From NCBI GenBank assembly GCA_965219685.1, contig CBDCOH010000002.1, forward strand, positions 1,600,001 to 1,664,000: 64,000 nucleotides of DNA, in the 5' to 3' direction. This DNA comes from Candidatus Spongiisociaceae bacterium (lineage in GTDB: Bacteria; Actinomycetota; Acidimicrobiia; Spongiisociales; Spongiisociaceae). Shown piece after piece: positions 57,213-64,000 of the stretch (positions are counted from its first letter, which is position 1; every line of letters starts with the position of its first letter). The notes beneath the pieces are model-generated. The model worked only from the letters and a program-made list of their open reading frames with translations. It was not told the origin of the DNA and did no database searches. The translations under genes and the position numbers were made by a program.

Positions 57213-60011
57213 CTAGTCGCTCGGAGTCTCGGTCTGGTCGGTCTGCGCCACAGCCGATGGCGGGACCGGGGCGAAGTAGCCGACGACGATGAGGAGCACG
57301 CCCACACCGAGGAACGACACCACACGAGCCACGGTCCCGGTGTTGGCCAGGTCGAACAGGAACAGCTTGACGACCACGACCGCCATCAGCGATGCTCCAC
57401 CGATCCAGACGGCCCGTCGCACGAGGCGCACGCCGGCCACCATGCCCGAGAGCCCGGCGATACTCCAGACGATTGACAGGGACGCATGCAACACGGTGGA
57501 GTCGATCATCGCGTCGAAGTCGAATGGAACGTCCAGCCAGTGGTGAACGGTCCGGGCTACGGCCATAGTCAGCAGGATGATCCCCACGACCGTCAGCCCC
57601 GGGATCCAGGACCGTCCTATGACGTCTTCGAGTGGATTGTTCTCCTGCGCGTCGGCCAGCCTCTTCCACATGAGCGCCACCACGACCACGAGGGCGGTGA
57701 GTATCTCCAGCGGGTTGAACAGCGGCACGTAGGCGAGGGGCGGCGAAGCACCGTCCGACGTGAGGTTGGTCGCAAGCGCCATGATCGCCACCACCAGGAG
57801 CGCGGGGCCTGCGCAGGCCATCAGGTAGGTATGCCAATGCGTTCCCAGAGGCCAGGTCGCCGCCCGGCGTGCGACCAGCGTGCCGACCACGACCGCGAGC
57901 ATCGTCGCCAGGGCCGCAGTGATCGGCCACACATCGGAGGCAACCTGGCCGACCTGCCAGTGGATCTCCCTCCCCGCCACGATCACCAATACCCAGTAAC
58001 CGACGGTGTGCATGACCGACACTGCCCAAGGGAAGGCGCCCTCCCGCCAGCGGAGCACCGAGTAGTACGACGCCATGGCAACGATCCAACCGGCCCATCC
58101 GTGCATCCCGAATGGATGGCTCTGGACGATCAGCGCCAGGGCCAGGAACAGCACCAGGGCGGGCGCGAGAGCCACCCCTACGGTTCGTAGTCGCATCCAG
58201 CCGATCATCGGAGCCGCCAGGGCCAGACCGCCGAGCGAGACCGTGACGAACACGATCGAGACGGTCAAGCGGCCGTCCGGCGGGACGTGGAGCATCGTCT
58301 CCATGAGCCCACCGACGATCCACCACCCGGTGCTCCATACGAGCGCGAGCCAGCACAGGGCTCGGGTGGTGTCATCCCGGTCGTCCCCTCTCAGGTCGAG
58401 GGATCGACCTGAGAGCAGACCCACGACCGCTAACAGCGCCGCTCCGAGGAAGTACCCGTTCAGAACCGGAGTCAGACCGGTTGCGTCAAAGTCCGACGCG
58501 ATGAGGTAGCCGAGGAAAGCGAGCCCGCCCATAGCCTGAAGCCCACTGCCCGCGTAGGTGGCGAGACGACGCTGGTGCCGAACGCCGAACCAGACGAGGA
58601 CTCCACCCTGCAGCACCCACGCCACAGAAATGTACTGTGCCTCGAGTGCGAGCGGCACGGTGATCGCCACAAATGCCACCGAGAGACCCGCGTAGGCATC
58701 TCGAAGCGATCCGGACTCCTTGCCGTACCGGTGAGCCACCCACGCGAACAGCGCCAGGATTACGGCCAGGATCCCGGAACTGAGCGCCGCCCCGTATTCG
58801 AAGTGGTCGGTGAGGACCAGTTGCAGGCCGAGGGCGGCAAACGGAAGACCGAAGACCAAGGGACTGGTCATCCATGCCTTCACGTCCGGCGGTTGGCGGG
58901 CGGCGAATAGGACAGGGATGGTCATATACAGCAGGACGAGCAGCGCGATCAGGGGCTGGGTGGTGGCCCAGTCCTGCTCCGAGTACCGGGTGAACACCCA
59001 GAACGCCGACACAGCAAGCGTGAAACCCAGGCCGAGCAGGTTGAGTTCGGGCCAGATCTTGAATCGGGCGACCGCGACTATGGCCGCGCTGAGAATCAGG
59101 TAGAAGCCGAACACGACTACGTGGTCCCTGGCATCGGAGTAGGCGAGAACGGGAGCGAGGAAACCGCCGATGATGCCCAGCACCGCGAGCGAACGTGCGT
59201 CTTCGAGCACCGCCAGCACTCCGGCCCCCACGGTGACAATCACGACCGCCGCGGCCGCCGCCGATGCCGGGAGGAGATCGTAAACCGCATGGGCCACGTA
59301 GGTCGTCAGGTAGAGAACCGCGATTCCGCCCCCCTGCAGGCTCAGTCCGTAGATCGGGTTGCGGCCCCGGACGCGCCATCCCACCACCAACAGGAGCACA
59401 CCGAATGCGGCGACCAGGACATGTCGCACCTCGATGCTGAGAGTGATCCAACCCTGATCGAGAGCCACACCGAGCAGGAAGCCCAACCCGATGAGCGACA
59501 GCAGCACCCCTATCTTGACCGGTACGTTGCCGGTGGTGACCCAGGTTCTGATCATACGGATGACTCGTCCATCGAGCGACGGTCCCTGGTGGGCGAGGGG
59601 TGCTACCCGGACGACCTCGGCGTCGGAGCGAGCCGGCGGTCCTGCCGTCGGCGATTCGAGTCCTAAAGCCGGCTGGGGCTCGATCGGTGATGCTGCGGTT
59701 GGAGCCGGCGTCCCGGAGCGTGGGGACGGGACCAGGATGTCCGGCGCCGGCGCGGCAGGAGCAGGCGCTGGTGGCTTCTCTCTCACCGTTTCGGGCGGCC
59801 GTTCGGGTTCGGCCGTGGCGGGGAATCGCCTCTCCTCGATGGGTTCACGTCCGGATTGCGCCAGCCGGCGCCGGAGTCCGATCACGTCTGCGACCAAGAA
59901 CCCGACCAGCCCACCGAAGATGAACCCGCCGTCCCCCTCGAGCATCCGGGCGCCAAGCGCGACACCCAGCACGATGAAAAGCACCGTCATTACTACATGT
60001 GAGCGGTTCAT
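57213..60011 (-). CDS. DUF2339 family polytopic membrane protein
   Basis: GN...KIG...L.GL.FL, LQGGG...LYL, LG..GGF.AP.L, KLFL.DL......RVVSF.GVG. Confidence 0.88.
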   Translation of the reverse strand: MNRSHVVMTVLFIVLGVALGARMLEGDGGFIFGGLVGFLVADVIGLRRRLAQSGREPIEERRFPATAEPERPPETVREKPPAPAPAAPAPDILVPSPRSGTPAPTAASPIEPQPALGLESPTAGPPARSDAEVVRVAPLAHQGPSLDGRVIRMIRTWVTTGNVPVKIGVLLSLIGLGFLLGVALDQGWITLSIEVRHVLVAAFGVLLLVVGWRVRGRNPIYGLSLQGGGIAVLYLTTYVAHAVYDLLPASAAAAAVVIVTVGAGVLAVLEDARSLAVLGIIGGFLAPVLAYSDARDHVVVFGFYLILSAAIVAVARFKIWPELNLLGLGFTLAVSAFWVFTRYSEQDWATTQPLIALLVLLYMTIPVLFAARQPPDVKAWMTSPLVFGLPFAALGLQLVLTDHFEYGAALSSGILAVILALFAWVAHRYGKESGSLRDAYAGLSVAFVAITVPLALEAQYISVAWVLQGGVLVWFGVRHQRRLATYAGSGLQAMGGLAFLGYLIASDFDATGLTPVLNGYFLGAALLAVVGLLSGRSLDLRGDDRDDTTRALCWLALVWSTGWWIVGGLMETMLHVPPDGRLTVSIVFVTVSLGGLALAAPMIGWMRLRTVGVALAPALVLFLALALIVQSHPFGMHGWAGWIVAMASYYSVLRWREGAFPWAVSVMHTVGYWVLVIVAGREIHWQVGQVASDVWPITAALATMLAVVVGTLVARRAATWPLGTHWHTYLMACAGPALLVVAIMALATNLTSDGASPPLAYVPLFNPLEILTALVVVVALMWKRLADAQENNPLEDVIGRSWIPGLTVVGIILLTMAVARTVHHWLDVPFDFDAMIDSTVLHASLSIVWSIAGLSGMVAGVRLVRRAVWIGGASLMAVVVVKLFLFDLANTGTVARVVSFLGVGVLLIVVGYFAPVPPSAVAQTDQTETPSD

Positions 60012-60178
60012 GGCCAGATCCTTGTCAGTGGCCTCGATGACTCTCTGTTCGTCCCGGCCACATTAACGACAGGGGTAGGCCGCGTCCCGACCGCAGCAGT
60101 GGGGTGCTACAGCCTTACGTCGGGGTATTGGGGCCCTTGGTCCAAGTGGTTTCGTGGGAGCGCCGATGTGGCCCCACC

Positions 60179-60207
60179 TTGACACGGTCGGGAGCCCGTG
60201 CAAGCAT
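60179..60207 (+). promoter_or_regulatory. Candidate promoter for the riboswitch leader
   Basis: TTGACA-N17-AAGCAT about 15 nt before the aptamer. Confidence 0.45.
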
Positions 60208-60221
60208 CCCTCAGCGACAAC

Positions 60222-60306
60222 GCGCTTATCGAGAGTGGTGGAGGGACAGGCCCTGTGAAGCCACGGCAACCGATCCGTTCGGTGCCAATGCCTGATCGAT
60301 GAGGCA
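60222..60306 (+). ncRNA. SAM-I (S-box) family riboswitch aptamer
   Basis: CTTATCGAGAG-TGGTGGAGGGACAGGCCCTGTGAAGCCAC-GGCAACC...GGTGCCAA...GATGAG matches the SAM-I P1/P2/P3 consensus. P4 is very short. Confidence 0.88.
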
Positions 60307-60375
60307 GCCAACGGCGGACTCCGCTGTCGGCGCTCAACCCCGGAGCGCGTAACGACAAAGGAGAGAACGCCAATC

Positions 60376-60495
60376 ATGTCCCTATTCGGAACTCCCTGCG
60401 GCCCAACGTCGGTACGCGTCCGCCCTTCCTTCGCCACTCATGCCTGTCCGCGCTCTCGGGTGAATAGCCCGGGACAGCCCGGCTCGTCCCGCTGA
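60376..60495 (+). CDS. Possible 39-aa leader ORF
   Basis: AAAGGAGAG RBS upstream. MSLFGTPCGPTSVRVRPSFATHACPRSRVNSPGQPGSSR*. Confidence 0.3.
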   Translation: MSLFGTPCGPTSVRVRPSFATHACPRSRVNSPGQPGSSR

Positions 60496-60593
60496 TCGCC
60501 ACCACCCGAGAGCCCAGGACCGGCGTCAGCTACCAGCCCATCCGGATTGTCAACGCGCACCCGGACGGCCCCCACACGACGAAAGGACCATCC

Positions 60594-61115
60594 ATGACAA
60601 CCCAGACCAAAGACCAACTCAACGATGTGAACCTCAACGCCGTCGGCGCCCTCGTGTCAGCCGTCGCGGAGGATCCGGATAAGGGCCAGACCGAGTGGCA
60701 GGCGACCGTGAACTGGACAGGCGCCTTCCGGTCAGAGGTTTCGATCCGGGACTTCGACCCGATCCCCTCCGACGAGCCGGCCGGACTCGGCGGGTCCGAC
60801 ACCGCCCCCAACCCGGTGGAGCAGGTGCTCGGAGCGCTCGGCAATTGCCTGGCGGTGGGATACGCGGCCAACGCCACCGCGGCCGGGGTCGAGATCAACG
60901 ATCTCAAGATCGACCTGAGCGGTGACCTGGACCTGCAGGCCTTCCTGGGCCTCAAGCCGGGCCACGCCGGATACGGGGGCCTGTCGGTGAAGGTCCACCT
61001 GGACTCCGACGCAACCGACGAGCAGCTGGCGGCACTCCACGACAAGGTGGTCAACAGCTCCCCCGTCGGTCACACGCTCAGCAACCCGGTACCCCTGAGG
61101 ATCGAACTCGCCTGA
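60594..61115 (+). CDS. OsmC/Ohr family protein
   Basis: DEP..LGG.D.APNPVE..L.ALG.CL, DL..FLGL, SPV..TL.NPV. AAAGGA RBS. Confidence 0.9.
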   Translation: MTTQTKDQLNDVNLNAVGALVSAVAEDPDKGQTEWQATVNWTGAFRSEVSIRDFDPIPSDEPAGLGGSDTAPNPVEQVLGALGNCLAVGYAANATAAGVEINDLKIDLSGDLDLQAFLGLKPGHAGYGGLSVKVHLDSDATDEQLAALHDKVVNSSPVGHTLSNPVPLRIELA

Positions 61116-61451
61116 CCCATCGACCCGTACGCCGGATCTGTCCCCGCTCCTGCACACCCGAACGTCGGGAAACCTGCCGGAGCGGGGACAGCGGCGCGGG
61201 CGGCCACCGTCCAGATGACAGGAGGGATGTCTCGCTATATACCGATCAATAGCCAGGCGGGTCGTTCCAAGCCATCCGACCGCAAGCGATCGCACCGAAC
61301 GCTCGGCGCGCGATAACGCGGAACACAGCTGCGACTCGCACAGATCAGTGTCTCCGGCCACGGGTCCTCCATCCTCTGTTTCGTCAGGGCTCCCTTGGCG
61401 GGAACATGGAACTCGGACGTTGACCGGGACCGCAAACGACCCGACCTAGCG

Positions 61452-61486
61452 CCAATCACCAATCACCAATCACCAATCACCAATAA
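61452..61486. repeat. Heptamer microsatellite (CCAATCA)4 + CCAATAA
   Basis: Read directly. Overlaps the stop codon of the VOC gene. Confidence 0.95.
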
Positions 61487-61829
61487 TGGCCAGGGTATGG
61501 CGGGGCTCGTAGATCATCACCTCGACGCCTCCGGGAAGAACTGCTGTGGCGGCGACCCCCCAGCCCGTTTCCACCGGCGGACCCGCGAACGCGAGACCCT
61601 TGGCGCGTAGCTCGGCCACAGTGGACCGGATATCGTCACACATGAACGAGATGGCGTGGCCGGTGGTCCCGTCGCTGGGATGGACACCGAGCTCGGCCGG
61701 CGGAAGGCGGAAGATCAGCCAGCCGTCTCCGCTGTCGACGTTCCCGAAGCCGAACACGTCGGCCAGGACCGAGCGCGCCTCTTCGGCTTGGGGGGTATAG
61801 ATGAGCAGATGGGTTCCGACAATGATCAT
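61470..61829 (-). CDS. VOC/glyoxalase family protein
   Basis: G.H.L.Y...AE..R....DV.G...VD.G.GWLIF.LPPAE..VHP, MCDD, GWG, YEP.H. Confidence 0.85.
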   Translation of the reverse strand: MIIVGTHLLIYTPQAEEARSVLADVFGFGNVDSGDGWLIFRLPPAELGVHPSDGTTGHAISFMCDDIRSTVAELRAKGLAFAGPPVETGWGVAATAVLPGGVEVMIYEPRHTLAIIGDW

Positions 61830-62251
61830 CCGGACCTCCCGGAGTTCGATCACGCTGCTTGCTGTGGGTATGTGGATCGTACCGATCGCAAACTCGCGGT
61901 TCCGTACCCCCACTTGGACGCGTGTTTCCGAGCCATCCGACCGAACGATCGCACTGACCCATTGGTACACAACGATTCACAACACAGCCGTGATCCGAGA
62001 TGTCTGTCTCTGTTCCCCGGGTCCCTAGACCTTCGGTTTGTGAGGTTCCCCCCGTCGGCGCCTAGGTAAACCCGGACAGCCTTTCCAAGGCCGGAAACGA
62101 TGTGATCTAAAGCTAACCATCGAATACCACTACAAACTACCGACTAGCCTAGGAACTAATCAGTTCGGCCTGTGGCTGCCGGGCCATCGGGTTAGGCTCA
62201 TCGGACGAGAGCACACCGGCAGGTGCCCGCCCAGTCCGGTCGGAGGAGTTG

Positions 62252-63304
62252 ATGGCGCATGTGATGACGGTCCGTGGCCCGGTCGACCCGTCCGAACTGG
62301 GCCCGACGATGACCCATGAGCACATTTTCCTGGACTTTCGCCATGCCTGGAGTCCGTCGGCTGAAATCCTCGATGCGGAGGCGGGCACGAGACCGTTCGA
62401 GACCCGGCTGGCGGGAGTGAGTCGCTGGAACCAGTCTGCCTACCGCAACAACCTGGTGCAGAGTCCCGAGCACGACTACGAGCTGATCTCCGAGGAGGTC
62501 GGCCAGTATGTGCGTGCCGGTGGCGGCGCCATCGTGGAGTTGACGGTGATCGGCCTCAACCCGGAGCCCGAGGCTCTCGCAAGGCTCTCGGAAGACCTGG
62601 GGGTGCACATCGTCGCCGGCGTCGGGTTCTACGTGGGTGCTCTGCACCCGCCATGGGTGGAAGGAATGAGCGTCACCGAACTGACCGACTTCCTCCGTAC
62701 GGAGGTCACGGACGGCATAGGGGGAACGTCGGTGCGGCCCGGGATCATCGGTGAGATCGGAACCTCCGAGACTCTGTTGGACGTCGAGGAACGGGTGCTG
62801 CGGGCATCCGCTCGGGTAGCGGTCGAGACCGGCACCCCTATCAACGTCCATTGCCACCCACCCCCCCTCGAGGTCGTGCAACGCATCCTCGACATCCTCG
62901 AGGAGGAGGGCCATCCTCTGGATCGAACCTCCCTGTCACACCTCGACGAGATCACGGACCTCGACTACCACCGCGCCGTGCTCGGTCGAGGCCCCCTGGT
63001 CGGGTTCGACAGCTTCGGCCAGGACGGATACTTCGAACCGACCTGGAAGTCGAAGAGCGACCAGGCGAAGCTCGAGACCATGCTCGCCCTGGTGGAGGCC
63101 GGTTTCGAGGACCAACTGCTGATGTCCCAGGACATGCACAAGAAGCACTACCTGCTCCGCTACGGCGGGCTCGGTTACAACCACGTGCTGGCCAGGGTCA
63201 TCCCTCGGATGAAGGTGACCTACGGCGCCGACGACGCCCTGGTCGAGAAACTGCTGGTCACCAACCCCGCCAGGTTACTGACGCGAGACCCGGATCCGGA
63301 ATAG
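62252..63304 (+). CDS. Phosphotriesterase-related amidohydrolase (PTE/PHP)
   Basis: TV.GP....LG.T..HEH, G.IGEIG, HC, SHLD, FD.FG, SQD, NP.R. Confidence 0.9.
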   Translation: MAHVMTVRGPVDPSELGPTMTHEHIFLDFRHAWSPSAEILDAEAGTRPFETRLAGVSRWNQSAYRNNLVQSPEHDYELISEEVGQYVRAGGGAIVELTVIGLNPEPEALARLSEDLGVHIVAGVGFYVGALHPPWVEGMSVTELTDFLRTEVTDGIGGTSVRPGIIGEIGTSETLLDVEERVLRASARVAVETGTPINVHCHPPPLEVVQRILDILEEEGHPLDRTSLSHLDEITDLDYHRAVLGRGPLVGFDSFGQDGYFEPTWKSKSDQAKLETMLALVEAGFEDQLLMSQDMHKKHYLLRYGGLGYNHVLARVIPRMKVTYGADDALVEKLLVTNPARLLTRDPDPE

Positions 63305-63406
63305 AGTCACACGGACGGGGACCCGAACCGGTTACCCACCGATCGCCTCTCGGGCGCTCGACCGGACCGTCGGGGGCCCGATGGCGGTGACGAGATCGGA
63401 GACTGC

Positions 63407-64000
63407 ATGATGCTGGTCGGATACGTGAGCGACGAGTTCTACGTCGCCATACCCAACGTCGAACTCGAATTCACGCAGGGGGATGTGTCCGTCGCATCCC
63501 GATCCCGGGCCTCCGGATCCGTCCACGCGACCCTCGAGCCGGGTCCCTACCGGGTGTACCTCAGCTGTGACGGGTACACACCGAAATGGGTCGACGTGGA
63601 GGTCCGCCCGGGCACGATCCACCACTTCCGGCTGCTCTCCGACACTCTCTGCGGCTACGTATGGCCCAAATGGACCAGATCGGGCGAGACCGGCCAGGTT
63701 CGGCTCCACTCACCACATGATTCGGTGGTGACCCTGTGGCGGTACGGGTGGGAGCGCGAGTTCGTCTCGAAACTGGGTCACTTCGACGACGAGCCACGCG
63801 GGGCGTACGCGCAGATCCTCCCGGACGGCGATGTCACCCAGTCCGGCGTGAAGTGGAGCGACCACGGTTACTCTTACCCGGAGGTCGACCCGCGGGTGTA
63901 CGTGGAAGCGCCCGAGCGATCCGGCCTGTACTACTTCCACGCCAAGGACGCGACGGGCGCCTTCTTCTCGTTCCCCTGGATCGTCGCCCCCCGGGAACCA
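63407..64000 (+). CDS. N,N-dimethylformamidase large-subunit-like protein (partial)
   Basis: Hand-translated, open to the window end: MMLVGYVSDEFYVA...FRLLSD.L.GYVWPKW..SGE...LWRYG...QILPDGD.TQ.GV.W...AP.RSGLYYFH...FFSFPWIVAP. Confidence 0.6.
   Translation, partial: MMLVGYVSDEFYVAIPNVELEFTQGDVSVASRSRASGSVHATLEPGPYRVYLSCDGYTPKWVDVEVRPGTIHHFRLLSDTLCGYVWPKWTRSGETGQVRLHSPHDSVVTLWRYGWEREFVSKLGHFDDEPRGAYAQILPDGDVTQSGVKWSDHGYSYPEVDPRVYVEAPERSGLYYFHAKDATGAFFSFPWIVAPREP

Noticed and set aside
60129-60176. tRNA-like GGGGCC..GGTCCAAGTGGT..GGCCCC segment
   Set aside because: Too short, with no TTC T-loop or anticodon arm. Probably just a hairpin.

Overview
High-GC actinobacterial DNA, probably Acidimicrobiia. 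The plant-type LRR proteins, SLH proteins and sulfatase genes suggest a sponge/invertebrate symbiont (inference). Left to right: two divergent F420-dependent PPOX genes; a YihU-like reductase, formylglycine-generating enzyme and acyl-CoA ligase; a broken OYE flavoprotein; a redoxin/CcdA pair; a nucleotidyltransferase gene pair; a ~17.7 kb co-directional minus-strand catabolic run (thiolase/DUF35, ketose epimerase, fused DhaKL, fucose/arabinose isomerase, LacD-type aldolase, methyltransferase, nucleoside hydrolase, polyol dehydrogenase, frameshifted KARI, YnjB-type ABC importer, MFS, nucleoside phosphorylase); an AT-richer GmrSD(DUF262/HNH)-Schlafen(AlbA_2) fusion; an arylsulfatase, an enolase-family enzyme and a stand-alone Rnl1-type RNA ligase; an E1-alpha/beta + free lipoyl carrier cluster without E2/E3; a 30-repeat secreted LRR protein and a PBP4-LRR-SLH fusion; a divergent sthA; decayed defence remnants; a DrrAB exporter; HicAB and VapBC modules; an IdeR-boxed iron ABC/ferritin locus; DUF2339; a SAM-I riboswitch with a possible uORF ahead of an OsmC gene; and VOC, phosphotriesterase and DMFase-like genes. 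No rRNA, tRNA, CRISPR array or intact transposase was seen. All family calls come from motif recognition by eye, not from database searches.
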